Counted from the first letter of the stretch, positions 1 to 9,794 are shown. The stretch: DNA of 64,000 nt from an uncultured archaeon (GCA_963817525.1 CAWFOU010000007.1:672001-736000); one strand, 5' to 3'. The notes: generated from the sequence alone by a model not told the origin. Made by a program: numbers and translations.

Positions 1-5
1 TGATT

Positions 6-1532
6 TTGTGTTTTACATTGAGAAACGGCGTCCTTGCAGTCTTGGCCGTTATCCTTCTGCTCTCGCCCTTCGTTGCGAACGCCTCCACTCAGTATGGGTC
101 TGCCTTTCCCCTCTACCAGGGCGGGGCCGCGCCGGTGGGCGTGGCCGTCAGCAGCGCCGGGACTGTCTATTGGGCCAACTACAACCAAGGGAAGTTGTAT
201 TCTATGCTGAAAGGCGCCTCTTCTCCCACGGTACTTCTTAGCGGTCTCAACACTCCTTCGGGCGTTGCTGTCGACTCTTCGGGGAATGTCTACTACAGCG
301 AGGCCCTGAGCGACAGGGTGAGCGAGCTTGTAGGAGGTAGCACGACCCCCCAATTGCTCTTCAGCGCCGCCAATAACATCAATTTCATCTCCGTAGACCA
401 GTCTGGGAACATCTACTTCGTCCTCGGTGGGGGCTGCAACGGTCAGGGCTTCACAAACAGCATCATGGAGTACGTCCGCTCAAGTGGACAATCGGTGACT
501 ATTCTTGCTCCAGTTGGGTCGGTTGGTAACAATCCATCGTACGGCCAAGTCTTCGTGAACTCTGCAGGCCTGTACTTCACAACATGCACTGGAAATGTGG
601 AACTGCTACCAGCGGGGTCGTCGACTCCGCAAATCCTCGTCACGGGCCTGCAGGCTGGTCCGTCTGTTTCGCCCGACGGCGTGGTGGCTGATTCGCAAGG
701 CAACGTCTTCTATACCGACTACTGGAAGGCGGTCGATGAACTCCCGGCGGGATCCACTTCCTCAGTGACAATCGCCACCGCAGGAGGTACGCACTATGGC
801 ATCGCCATCGATGGGCAGGATAACGTCTACTATTCCGACAACCTTGGAGGCACGATTTGGGAGATACCCGCGACTTCGAGCTCTGTCAATAACGATAAGG
901 TCACAGTAAGCGTGTCTCCCACTTCACTGTCCGGTTCGGGGACCTTCACCGTATCTGGGAGTGTCGTGGCAGCCTCAGGGTCGGTCTCCAATACCGCGGT
1001 CGTAATCACGGTGAAGAATCCCAGTGGGGCAGTAGTCAGCACTGGTCAAGCCACAGTGGGGGGAACTGGTAGCAGCGGGACCTATACGACGACATTCGTC
1101 GCGGGAGGCACTTCTTCATGGCCCGGAGGTACGTACACTGTCACGGCAACATACGGAACAATCCTCGGGGGAACGCCGGCGTCTGCGTCTTCCTCTTTCT
1201 TGTACTTGACCAACATGATTAGTACGTCCATTCTCACGGTCTCAACCTCTCCATCTCAAACTATTGTGGACGGCTACACTGGTGTGCAGATTAATTACAC
1301 AAACACATACTCGCAATCGCTCTCCGCGTTCGTGTGGGTCGTGGTCCACAATGCGGCCGGCCAGACGGTCGGCATATTCGTTGGGTCAGCTATAATGAAC
1401 TCTGGCGCAGCCCTTGCCGTGTTTGTCCCAACGTTCAACCTTCCAGCGGGCAGTTACGCCGCGACCGTCTTTGCAACGACGACGTCGAGTGTGGCAATCT
1501 CGCAGACCTCAACAGTATCGCTCTCCTTATGA
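6..1532 (+). CDS. Secreted NHL-repeat/beta-propeller protein with C-terminal Ig-like domains (surface protein); cargo of left element
   Basis: N-terminal signal peptide, repeated P.GVAVD..GNVYY motifs, Ser/Thr-rich beta-sandwich tail; start may lie at or before window edge. Confidence 0.75.
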   Translation: MCFTLRNGVLAVLAVILLLSPFVANASTQYGSAFPLYQGGAAPVGVAVSSAGTVYWANYNQGKLYSMLKGASSPTVLLSGLNTPSGVAVDSSGNVYYSEALSDRVSELVGGSTTPQLLFSAANNINFISVDQSGNIYFVLGGGCNGQGFTNSIMEYVRSSGQSVTILAPVGSVGNNPSYGQVFVNSAGLYFTTCTGNVELLPAGSSTPQILVTGLQAGPSVSPDGVVADSQGNVFYTDYWKAVDELPAGSTSSVTIATAGGTHYGIAIDGQDNVYYSDNLGGTIWEIPATSSSVNNDKVTVSVSPTSLSGSGTFTVSGSVVAASGSVSNTAVVITVKNPSGAVVSTGQATVGGTGSSGTYTTTFVAGGTSSWPGGTYTVTATYGTILGGTPASASSSFLYLTNMISTSILTVSTSPSQTIVDGYTGVQINYTNTYSQSLSAFVWVVVHNAAGQTVGIFVGSAIMNSGAALAVFVPTFNLPAGSYAATVFATTTSSVAISQTSTVSLSL

Positions 1533-1614
1533 TGAACAGCCTTCGAGAGTTACAGGTGAGCCAGGTGCAGCTTTGGCTGGTGGACATTTTCGGCGGCTAC
1601 TTGGTATTGTCTGG

Positions 1615-2316
1615 CTACCGCGCACCGACGCGGCCCTCTCTGGAATACTTTCTGATAGATTGAGCCTTCTTCTCGGCAAAGGCCCCGCGCAATTCTTTGA
1701 GGTCGGCCCAGCGCACAAGCTCGAGGATCGCGGCTCGGTCAGGGCTATGCTTCAACTTCGCGTTGATTTCCTCGTACCTCTTGTCGAAGCCATAGGACGA
1801 CCAGAGATAGTGAAAACCATCGACCTCAACATCCCTCAAGGCCATGTAGGCCCGATACCAAATCTGTTCCATCGTCGGCTTGTCTTCCCTCCTCTGAGGG
1901 GTCAGAAGCGCTCTCCTCTGAGCCGATTTTCTTCTCCCCTCCGTCTTCTGGTAAATCTCCTCAACTGACTTCTGGTTTGATTCGTCCCACGGTGTTGGGA
2001 GGAATTCTTCCGAATCGGTTGGTGAGTCGTCATTCGTGACCATCCTCACTCCAGGGGGTGGGCGCCTATCGACCATGCTGGTATGGTGTTTAGCCAAGTT
2101 GTGGAAGTTGCTGACCTGATAAAAATCTGGATACTCCCCCCAATCCGGCTTTGATATCATTCCGCGTTTGGTGAAGTATGAGAGAATCCTCTCAGTCGTC
2201 CTGTGGTCGGCTCTGAGGGCTGCGCTGATCTCATACCGAGATGCTATCTGCCTGCCTATCATGAAAGCGCAGAACCTGCGCTGATACTCCAAGTCGGGTC
2301 CTCGAGCCAATGGCAA
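1615..2316 (-). CDS. Hypothetical protein with N-terminal winged-helix-like segment (candidate repressor)
   Basis: SRYEISAALRADHRTTERILSYFTKRGMI...FYQV resembles wHTH; divergent from RHH operon. Confidence 0.5.
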   Translation of the reverse strand: MPLARGPDLEYQRRFCAFMIGRQIASRYEISAALRADHRTTERILSYFTKRGMISKPDWGEYPDFYQVSNFHNLAKHHTSMVDRRPPPGVRMVTNDDSPTDSEEFLPTPWDESNQKSVEEIYQKTEGRRKSAQRRALLTPQRREDKPTMEQIWYRAYMALRDVEVDGFHYLWSSYGFDKRYEEINAKLKHSPDRAAILELVRWADLKELRGAFAEKKAQSIRKYSREGRVGAR

Positions 2317-2359
2317 CCATTTGCGAGCACACCCCTTATTTGACTATCGGTGAAAGACG

Positions 2360-2599
2360 CTGCCAAACAAATGCTTAACCAAGGAAATAGGGTTCCGAGT
2401 CTCAGCTCCTTTCGCGGACCTCCTCGCAAAGGTGGCACGCGATAGGGGAGAAGACGTCTCCGATTTCGTAAGGAGGTCAGTTCGGAAGGAGCTGGCGCAG
2501 TTCGGCTATCTTTCGACCTCAGAACGGAAATCTCTCGGGCTTGAACGCTCGATGGGAACTCGTTCAGACTCAGACCAAGGAGTTGGAACGGCTCCATGA
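2360..2599 (+). CDS. Ribbon-helix-helix (CopG-like) regulator, absent from ORF track
   Basis: Frame reads KEIGFRVSAPFADLLAKVARDRGEDVSDFVRRSVRKELAQFGYL; stop overlaps next ATG (ATGA 2596-2599); only a CTG (2360) is available as start. Confidence 0.7.
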   Translation: MPNKCLTKEIGFRVSAPFADLLAKVARDRGEDVSDFVRRSVRKELAQFGYLSTSERKSLGLERSMGTRSDSDQGVGTAP

Positions 2600-2811
2600 C
2601 CCGAACATCCGCCTCCGCCCCGCAAAAGACCGAACCTTGCGCGCTCATGGTCACGGCGGCCTGCAAGGCCCGAGAAGGAGCCACTGAACCAAGTGCGGGC
2701 TTCCTCGTAATCGTGGACTCGAAACCCGGCTTGGTTTGTCAAGACTGCAGGGCCATACTACTGAGGCGCCACGGGCATTCAGAGAGGGTCGACGAAGGAC
2801 TAGTGAAGTGA
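2596..2811 (+). CDS. Small Cys/His-rich putative zinc-finger protein
   Basis: C..C and CQDC...HGH motifs; coupled to RHH gene and 9 bp before helicase. Confidence 0.55.
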   Translation: MTRTSASAPQKTEPCALMVTAACKAREGATEPSAGFLVIVDSKPGLVCQDCRAILLRRHGHSERVDEGLVK

Positions 2812-2820
2812 CCGCCCACG

Positions 2821-4458
2821 TTGGAAGAGACTTCCGAGGTTGAGCTCGTGAGGACGGGTAAGGAGTTCCTTCTGATTTTTGAGAATCAGGTCCTTTTCCG
2901 CTTCGAGTCGGTCGACTATTCATCGGACAGGGGCACCCTCCTGAGCTACTTCTCGAAGGAAGGCCTCGCATATCCGACGGCACAGGACCCGGTCCTCGAG
3001 CAGCTTCAAAAATGGTGGTACGGCAAAGAGACGACGGCTCGGACGCTCAACAAGGAAGAGGCCGCGGAAGGGCTCAAGGTCCAGTACCACATTCTCACGA
3101 TGGAGGACTCCGACGAGGTCTATTTCTACGACGAGGAGCGCGGAGTCTACCGTCTGGGGGGAGAGGTCAAGGTCAAGGCCTGGCTCGAAGCGAACTCCTA
3201 CGGCTGCGACACGCGGATAGTCAACGAGACGACCGACAAGCTCAAGCGTCAAACCTACGTGCGGCGAGAGACCTTCGACGCGGACAAGTCAACTCTCAAC
3301 CTCTCAAACTGCCTCTTCAACGTGCGGACAGGCGAGCACTTCGCACACAGCCCCGAGTATCGCTCGATAACACAGCTTCCGGTGAGGTATTTCCCCGGAG
3401 CCGACTGTCCGCGAATCAAGCAGTTTCTGAGCGAGGTCTTGAACGTGGAGGACGTCCAGCTCGTTCAAGAATGGTTCGGCTATTTCCTGTGGCGAGACTA
3501 CCCGATCCAGAAGGCGCTCCTCCTCGTCGGTGATGGGGCGAACGGCAAGAGCACCCTCATCAACCTCATCAAGGCCTTTCTCGGTACTGCGAACGTCTCC
3601 GCGCGGGGCCTGCAGGAGCTCGAGCGGGACCGATTCGCAAAGGCGAGCCTCTTCGGCAAGATGGCGAACCTTCACGCGGACCTCCCCGACACGGCGCTCA
3701 AGAGCACCGGCACCTTCAAGATGCTCACGGGCGGAGACCTGATAACATCGGAATACAAATTCCGAAATTCCTTCGAGTTCGCCAACTATGCGAAGCTGGT
3801 CTTTAGCGCGAACGTCGTCCCTGAGGTCACAGAGGACACCCTCGCCTACTTCCGAAGATGGGATATCGTCAACTTCCCCAACACCTTCACAGGGGACAAG
3901 GCTAACCCGAAGCTGCTGGAGTCGCTGACGACAGAAGAGGAGCTTTCGGGCCTGTTGAATTGGGCTCTCGAGGGACTTCGACGGCTCCAAAACAACGGCT
4001 GGACGTTCACCAACTCGAAGGGGGTCGACGAGGTAAAGGAGGAATACATCCGCAAGTCCGCGCCTGGACGCGCCTTCTTGATGGATTGCGTCCTCATTGG
4101 CTCCGCCGGGGAAGTCATCAAACAGGAGCTGTACCAGGCCTTCTGCCAATACTGTCGACTGAGGAACCTTCCCATAATGACTTCAGACACATTTTTCAAG
4201 AAGATTCCCCAGTACGTCACGGTCTCCGAGGCGCGAAAGGCCTGCGAATACATCGAAGGCCACGATAGATGCGGCAAGAGCCGGCACATGGTCTTCCAAG
4301 GGCTGAAACTCCTCTCTCAGGCAGACTGGGCCAAGCCCGGGGAGAATAAAATAGGAAAAACCCCTGACAGGCCTGACACCCCTGACGGCAACCCTGTCAA
4401 CCCTGTCAAGGGTCTAGACCATTTTAATAGAAACGGAGGGACGGCGAATGAGCAATAA
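2821..4458 (+). CDS. Phage/plasmid P4-family D5-like SF3 helicase (D5_N + ATPase + wHTH), no obvious primase domain
   Basis: LNLSNCLFNVRTG (D5_N), Walker A LLVGDGANGKSTL, FKMLTGGD, KLVFSAN, AYFRRW, EELSGLLNWALEG. Confidence 0.9.
   Translation: MEETSEVELVRTGKEFLLIFENQVLFRFESVDYSSDRGTLLSYFSKEGLAYPTAQDPVLEQLQKWWYGKETTARTLNKEEAAEGLKVQYHILTMEDSDEVYFYDEERGVYRLGGEVKVKAWLEANSYGCDTRIVNETTDKLKRQTYVRRETFDADKSTLNLSNCLFNVRTGEHFAHSPEYRSITQLPVRYFPGADCPRIKQFLSEVLNVEDVQLVQEWFGYFLWRDYPIQKALLLVGDGANGKSTLINLIKAFLGTANVSARGLQELERDRFAKASLFGKMANLHADLPDTALKSTGTFKMLTGGDLITSEYKFRNSFEFANYAKLVFSANVVPEVTEDTLAYFRRWDIVNFPNTFTGDKANPKLLESLTTEEELSGLLNWALEGLRRLQNNGWTFTNSKGVDEVKEEYIRKSAPGRAFLMDCVLIGSAGEVIKQELYQAFCQYCRLRNLPIMTSDTFFKKIPQYVTVSEARKACEYIEGHDRCGKSRHMVFQGLKLLSQADWAKPGENKIGKTPDRPDTPDGNPVNPVKGLDHFNRNGGTANEQ
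4362..4433. repeat. Iteron-like cluster (3x CCTGAC, 2x CCCTGTCAA), palindrome GGTCTAGACC and AT-rich tract; candidate replication origin
   Basis: Directly visible; 9-bp periodicity, TGAC and GTCA cores are inverted. Confidence 0.6.
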
Positions 4459-4518
4459 CTCGACCCCGGCGGGGTGCTACCGGAAGTCGGCTCGGGGGTG
4501 CCTACGGCTTGAAATGCC

Positions 4519-5757
4519 CTAACCGCGGGAGCGAGTTCCAGCGCCACTTGAGGCGGGCCCGCGTCTCGGCGGCTTGAAGTCCTTCGCGGTGAGATTCAGC
4601 AACGAGGGATCGACCTTTACTCCCTCACCGATGAGGCGCCGGCCCTCAGGAGTAGTAAGAGCCGCAAGTATCTCGGTTACTCGGCCCTGAAGCTTCATGT
4701 TCTCCTCTCCGAGCTGGAGGACCTGCTTCCTGAGCTCCTCCGTCTTATCCTCGACCTTCACCTGCCTCGTCGCAATCTCGCTCTGGACTTGGTACTTCTC
4801 CTCGACCTCGAGCCAGTTCTGCCGTTTGAGATACTCGGGCACAATCTTCTCCTCAAAATCGGGTTTGTCGTAGACATCAACGACCCCTCCCCTCGCGTGG
4901 GCCTGGAGGATGTTCACTTCGTCCGCCGGCATCCCCGGTATGCTGCCGTTGGAGTGCATCAACGTGGTCTGGTGGAACTTTCGCAAGCAGTGTGCGGCGT
5001 GAAGCCTGTTAGCCTCTTCCAGCGGTAGGATTCGCCTCCACGTCTTGTGCAGCCAGGCAGATGCTTCGTTGCTGCTGAGTCTATCCTTCCCATAGTCATC
5101 GAGGACCAAGGGTGAGTCTGGACCGACCACCTCCCCTCTCCTCTTCCTTTGCGCGAGATACTCGCGGAACCAGGCCAAGCTCTCTTTCGAGCAGCAAGTC
5201 TTGTATGAGCCGGTCTTCCCCTTCCGGACGTGGACAATCCCATACTCCTCTCTGTCCTCTATGTCCTTGAGGGTCGCCGTGTTGAAAAGCTGGACCCGGA
5301 CTCCGCTGGAGGAGAGCAAGGTTACGATGAACTTCCCCCTTACGTTCGAGTCGTGGAAAAGCCTCCTGAGCTGACCCTTCGTTGGCGGGATGTCCGTTGA
5401 AGCCTCGGGCCTTGGAATCGCCGAGTAGACCGACTTCCACGGTATGCCCTGCACGTCGTTGTAGTCCAGGAATGACCTCACTGCGGTGATGGCAGCCTGG
5501 ATGGACCGTGGGGCCATCTCCTCGCCCTCCTTCTGTTCGGTAATCCACTTGATGAGCCCAGCCTTCACCTTCTTCGGGTTCTTCCGGGCGAACTGCAGGA
5601 ACTCGTCGGGGGACTGGTCGCCCAGCACCTTTTTGAACGCATAGCGGTAGTTCTCCGCGGTTATCGGGCTCCTTCGGCTGGCCAGGAATCCATCGTAACT
5701 CACCGTATCTCCACCTTCGTCTTCTTCCATCGATTCGAGCCTCAGTACGGTCGCCAT
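4519..5757 (-). CDS. Tyrosine recombinase/integrase
   Basis: LSSSGVRV (Arg), HCLRKF (HxLR), LQAH...VDVY (His, Tyr); C-terminal coiled coil. Confidence 0.85.
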   Translation of the reverse strand: MATVLRLESMEEDEGGDTVSYDGFLASRRSPITAENYRYAFKKVLGDQSPDEFLQFARKNPKKVKAGLIKWITEQKEGEEMAPRSIQAAITAVRSFLDYNDVQGIPWKSVYSAIPRPEASTDIPPTKGQLRRLFHDSNVRGKFIVTLLSSSGVRVQLFNTATLKDIEDREEYGIVHVRKGKTGSYKTCCSKESLAWFREYLAQRKRRGEVVGPDSPLVLDDYGKDRLSSNEASAWLHKTWRRILPLEEANRLHAAHCLRKFHQTTLMHSNGSIPGMPADEVNILQAHARGGVVDVYDKPDFEEKIVPEYLKRQNWLEVEEKYQVQSEIATRQVKVEDKTEELRKQVLQLGEENMKLQGRVTEILAALTTPEGRRLIGEGVKVDPSLLNLTAKDFKPPRRGPASSGAGTRSRG

Positions 5758-5801
5758 AGCCCGCCTATAGAAGGAATCGGTAAATAAGATTAACTGATGG
5801 G

Positions 5802-6359
5802 CTATCTTTTGACGAAGATGTTAACCCTGGAGGCACCTGTCAACTCTTCCGCTATCCGCTTGGCCACCAGCTTCGCGGGTTCCCGCAGGCCCACGCGGTT
5901 CTGGATGTCGTCGAAGGAGGTGAAGGGCTGCTTCTCCCTCATATCGATGATTGTCTTCATGAACGTCTTCCCGATCCCGGGAATCAGCTCGAGCCCATGG
6001 AGGCGCGGGGTGAGGGGCTGCAGCTCGTTGAAGTACGCCACGTATCTGGCCTCGTTGTTCTTCACGATGACCTCGCAGACAGCGAGGAGTTGGGACTTCG
6101 CCTCTGAGGTCAGGTCCTCGTAGGCGAGCTTTCCGAACACGCTGAGGATCTTCGCCCGCCCCTCCCTGCCTATCCTGAGCTTCTCCCCCGTCTCAAAGTC
6201 TTGGTTCTCGGCGGCGAGCAGCTCGAGGAGCGTGAGCCTCTCCTCGCCCAGCGCCTGCACGATGGGACCCTCCCTTCCCTTGATTATGGCCGACCTTCCC
6301 CTGGGGATAAAGTCCAGGACGTAGGCGAATTCCTCATACCTCTTCTCGGATGGAAGCAT
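5802..6359 (-). CDS. DUF655 predicted RNA-binding protein
   Basis: YEEFAYVLDF, RLHGLELIPGIGK; conserved neighbour of rpo4. Confidence 0.9.
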   Translation of the reverse strand: MLPSEKRYEEFAYVLDFIPRGRSAIIKGREGPIVQALGEERLTLLELLAAENQDFETGEKLRIGREGRAKILSVFGKLAYEDLTSEAKSQLLAVCEVIVKNNEARYVAYFNELQPLTPRLHGLELIPGIGKTFMKTIIDMREKQPFTSFDDIQNRVGLREPAKLVAKRIAEELTGASRVNIFVKR

Positions 6360-6476
6360 TTTCCGCTATGACAACCCCTTTGGCTCATTCTTCGAGTGTT
6401 ACGGGAAAAGCGGCACAGCAAGAAACATAGCTAAGCAACATGCGCTCTTCAGGGGTCTAAAGCGCCCCCTTGCTAT

Positions 6477-6818
6477 TTAATCTTTGGACTTTAGTATCTT
6501 GAGTATCTTTTCCAGCGTCTCGGTCGGAAGGAGCTTCCTCCATCCCGCCGTGAAAGTCCTGAGCTCCTCGATGGACCTCGGCATGATGTTGACCACCTCG
6601 GTGGCCTCGATCTCGCTCAGGCCACAGTCGGTCTCTAGCTGCTTCTTCAGCTTCTTCGCCGCTTCCGGCGTGCTCTTCGCGAACTTCGAAGTGTAGTCGA
6701 GCGTCCTCTTCTGGATTTGGTCGGCCTTCTCCACGTCGATCTTCTCCAGGATCTGGTGCGCCTCGCTCAGCGTGAGCGTCTTCTTCTGCCCCGAGGGCGC
6801 GATGGGCTCTGCCGACAA
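6477..6818 (-). CDS. rpo4: RNA polymerase subunit Rpo4 (RpoF)
   Basis: QKRTLDYTSKF, VVNIMPRSIEELR; synteny with L21e and DUF655. Confidence 0.9.
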   Translation of the reverse strand: MSAEPIAPSGQKKTLTLSEAHQILEKIDVEKADQIQKRTLDYTSKFAKSTPEAAKKLKKQLETDCGLSEIEATEVVNIMPRSIEELRTFTAGWRKLLPTETLEKILKILKSKD

Positions 6819-6819
6819 G

Positions 6820-7110
6820 CTACTTCTCGGCCTCTCCCAGCGGGACGATGTGCTCCTTCCTCGAGATCACCGTCTTCACCTTATCCCCAACGTTCACGTC
6901 TATGATCACCGACCTTCGCCCGGTCTCCTTCACCACGCCCACGAGGCCGTTGAACCTCCTGTGGGGCATGCCCTTGACTTGGGTCGAGTCGATTTTGATC
7001 ACGACATTCTGCCCTGGTGTGTAATCGGTGAGGATGTGGCTGAGACCGGTCGAGTCTCTCTTCCTGAGGAGAGAACGCGTTCTCCGCCGGTATCCATGTG
7101 ACCTCGCCAT
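6820..7110 (-). CDS. rpl21e: 50S ribosomal protein L21e
   Basis: SHGYRRRTRSLL, KGMPHRRFNGLVG. Confidence 0.97.
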   Translation of the reverse strand: MARSHGYRRRTRSLLRKRDSTGLSHILTDYTPGQNVVIKIDSTQVKGMPHRRFNGLVGVVKETGRRSVIIDVNVGDKVKTVISRKEHIVPLGEAEK

Positions 7111-7194
7111 AGAAGAACCGTTGCCGCCCCTCCGACCTCATTTAAAAGCTAATCCATGGGTGGGCCGTGTTTCCAGTAGGTTTCAGGGGCGGTT

Positions 7195-8298
7195 TCAACT
7201 GACCGCCGCCTGCCTAGGCCACACGCCCATTATGTCGAACCTCTCGCACCTGAGAGGCGTCCCCATCGACTCTGAGAATGACGGGGAGACGGCCTCGCCC
7301 GAGACCAGCCTCTTCACCGGGAGGCCTCCGTCCAGCTTGATCTCGGCAGTAATCTTCTTCCCGCGAGCGCTGGCCTTCACGAAGTAGACCTTCTTGTCGA
7401 CCAGCCTCCCCTTGTTGTTCCTGTATTGCACAGTGGCGTTCCTCATCCCCCTCTGGAGCCTCTTGACGTCTTCCGCCGAGGCAGGCCGGTCCGAGCTTAT
7501 CACGGCCAGGGTCTTGAAGACGAACGCGGGGTGCTCCACCTTCTTGACGACGACGCGGATGCCCGACACCGACATCCCGCCCTCTCCCGTCCTGAGCCTA
7601 AGAGCCTTGGGAGGGTGCCGCGTCCGGGGGTTCTTCGACTCGATCACAATCGGCCGGCCCGGCGGGAAGACCGCGCTGTCGGAATCCTCGCTCCCGAACC
7701 ACGTGAACTTGAACTTCTTGGAGCCTAGGAGGGCCCCGAGCTTCTTGGAGACCAGCCCCTCGACGCTGGGAGAGGCCGAGTACCCGGTGCCCTGGCACTT
7801 CTCGCAGCCTCTGCCGTTGCAGTCCGCGCAAAAAAGCCGCCGCTGCGCGACCCCGCGCGGCTTCGTGTACCTGCCGTAGAGGAAGAGGGGCCTCGAAGTG
7901 ACTGCGACGCTCCCATCCCCCATGTCGACCAGGACGGTGGCGTCGGGGCGGAGCCTGTCGACCTTCCTTCCGCGCATCTGCTTCACGACCGCCTTCGCGA
8001 GCCGGCCGGCCAGTTCCGACTTTATCGTCTCGCCCCCTCTTATCTTGAGCTCTGACCTGAGCGTGTCCTCGCGCTCCTGGATTCCGTGCGGGAGCATCAG
8101 CCCGACCGAGAACGTCCTGAACTCGAACCTGCCCAGGCGGGAGACTATCCTCTCGGCGACCTCCCCGAGGTCTCCCGACATCCCCTCGCAGATGAAGCAG
8201 CCTTCCTCGTCTCCCGCGAGCGCGATGCCGGACTGTCTCGCCCCCTGCCTGTCGCGGCAGAACCCGCAAAGACGAAACTCTAGGAGCTTCTCAGCCAC
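7195..8298 (-). CDS. pus10: tRNA pseudouridine(54/55) synthase Pus10 homologue (divergent)
   Basis: N-terminal CxxC pairs, LYGRYTK.RG..Q, GSEDSD, PGRPIVIE..NPR, DGGL.VK.LVSG; synteny. Confidence 0.85.
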   Translation of the reverse strand: MAEKLLEFRLCGFCRDRQGARQSGIALAGDEEGCFICEGMSGDLGEVAERIVSRLGRFEFRTFSVGLMLPHGIQEREDTLRSELKIRGGETIKSELAGRLAKAVVKQMRGRKVDRLRPDATVLVDMGDGSVAVTSRPLFLYGRYTKPRGVAQRRLFCADCNGRGCEKCQGTGYSASPSVEGLVSKKLGALLGSKKFKFTWFGSEDSDSAVFPPGRPIVIESKNPRTRHPPKALRLRTGEGGMSVSGIRVVVKKVEHPAFVFKTLAVISSDRPASAEDVKRLQRGMRNATVQYRNNKGRLVDKKVYFVKASARGKKITAEIKLDGGLPVKRLVSGEAVSPSFSESMGTPLRCERFDIMGVWPRQAAVS

Positions 8299-9628
8299 CC
8301 GGAACCTGGCCTCCAGCTCTCCTAAGGAACTGCCTCATCTCCCGGCCCTTGCCAGACTTCATCATGCTCTTCGTCTGCCTATACCTGGCGATGAGCTCCC
8401 TCACGTCCTTCTCGGTCCTGCCTGAGCCCTGGGCTATCCGCTTGACCCGCGGCGCGTTCAGCTTCTCCGGCGCCGCCTTCTCCTCAGCGGTCATCGCCTG
8501 GATGATGGGCTTCCACGCCTTCATGTTCTTCTCGGCCTTCTCCAGGTCCTCGCTCTTCATGTTCCCCGAGACGCCGGGTATCAAGTCGAGTATCTTCTTC
8601 AGCGAACCCATCTTGTTCACCTGCTCGAACTGGAACAGGAAGTCGTCCATCGTGAGCCTGCCGGTCACCATGCGCTGGACCCTCTTCTCGTCCATCTCGC
8701 CGTCGACCTGCTTCGCCATATCGAGGAGCGCCTTGAGGTCGCCCATCCCCAGGAGCCTGCCTACGAAGCGGGTCGCCGAGAACTCCTCGAGGTCGTCGAC
8801 CCTCTCCCCCGTCCCGATGAAGAACACCTTGGCTCCCGTCGCGCCTACGGCTGCGAGGGCGCCTCCCCCCTTCGCAGCGCCGTCGAGCTTCGTGACCACG
8901 ATCCCTCCCACGGGAGACGCCTTGTGGAAGGCCGCCGCCTGGTTGAACGCCTGCTGCCCGATCGTCCCGTCGACCACCAGGAGGTTGATGTCGGGCTTGA
9001 CCTTGGAGTAGATCTTGCTCATCTCGTCGAGCAGGCTCTGCTCCTCCTTGTGCCTCCCCGCCGTGTCGATGATTATGAGGTTCTTGCCGGCCTGCTCGAA
9101 GAAGCGCTTGCCCGCCTCCGCCACCTTCACCGAGTCCTTCTCCTTCTCGTCGGCGTAGATGTCGACTCCCACCACCCCTGCGATGGTCCTCAGCTGGGTC
9201 ACCGCTCCCGGCCTGAAGGTGTCCGCCGCGACCACCCCCACCTTGAAGCTCCTCTTCGCGTAGAACCTCGCCAGCTTCCCCACGGTGGTTGTCTTCCCGG
9301 AGCCCTGGATGCCGAGCATCACGACGACGCTGAGCTTGGTCCTGTCGAGCTTGAGCTCCTGGTCACCGCCGAGCAGCTTGTCGAGCTCGTCGTAGAGGAT
9401 CTTCACGATTTGGTTCTTCCTGGCCAATCCCGGGGGAGGCTTCTCTTCCATCGCCCTCCTCTGGACGCTCTCGGTGACGCTCAGGACGAGCTTCACGTTG
9501 ACGTCCGCCTGTATGAGGGCTCGCTGGAGGTCGCGGACGAACTCCTTGATCGCGGCCTCGTCGACTATGTCATTGCCCAGGAGCTTCTTGACGGCGTTCT
9601 GCAGGCCGCTCCTCAACGAATCGAGCAT
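8291..9628 (-). CDS. srp54: Signal recognition particle protein SRP54
   Basis: GIQGSGKTTT, DTFRPGA, DTAGRH, TKLDG, M-domain RIAQGSG. Confidence 0.97.
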   Translation of the reverse strand: MLDSLRSGLQNAVKKLLGNDIVDEAAIKEFVRDLQRALIQADVNVKLVLSVTESVQRRAMEEKPPPGLARKNQIVKILYDELDKLLGGDQELKLDRTKLSVVVMLGIQGSGKTTTVGKLARFYAKRSFKVGVVAADTFRPGAVTQLRTIAGVVGVDIYADEKEKDSVKVAEAGKRFFEQAGKNLIIIDTAGRHKEEQSLLDEMSKIYSKVKPDINLLVVDGTIGQQAFNQAAAFHKASPVGGIVVTKLDGAAKGGGALAAVGATGAKVFFIGTGERVDDLEEFSATRFVGRLLGMGDLKALLDMAKQVDGEMDEKRVQRMVTGRLTMDDFLFQFEQVNKMGSLKKILDLIPGVSGNMKSEDLEKAEKNMKAWKPIIQAMTAEEKAAPEKLNAPRVKRIAQGSGRTEKDVRELIARYRQTKSMMKSGKGREMRQFLRRAGGQVPGG

Positions 9629-9794
9629 AGGCTGTCCGTCTGCCGCGACCACGGGTTGCTTAAAAGATTGAGAACGTGATCTTTCGACTAGGACCTTCTC
9701 AGACTGCTTGTACGACGACGTCTCATATTGCTCGAGGTTCGTGATTTAGGCCATTCGTTGAGGCCCCACAACGGATTTATCGTCGCGGCCGATC

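Larger units (their letters stand above)
1..5790. mobile_element. Integrated plasmid/satellite-like element (left end probably outside window)
   Basis: Tyrosine integrase, D5-like helicase, RHH, Zn-finger and divergent wHTH gene directly next to housekeeping DUF655-rpo4-rpl21e cluster; att sites not seen. Confidence 0.7.
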
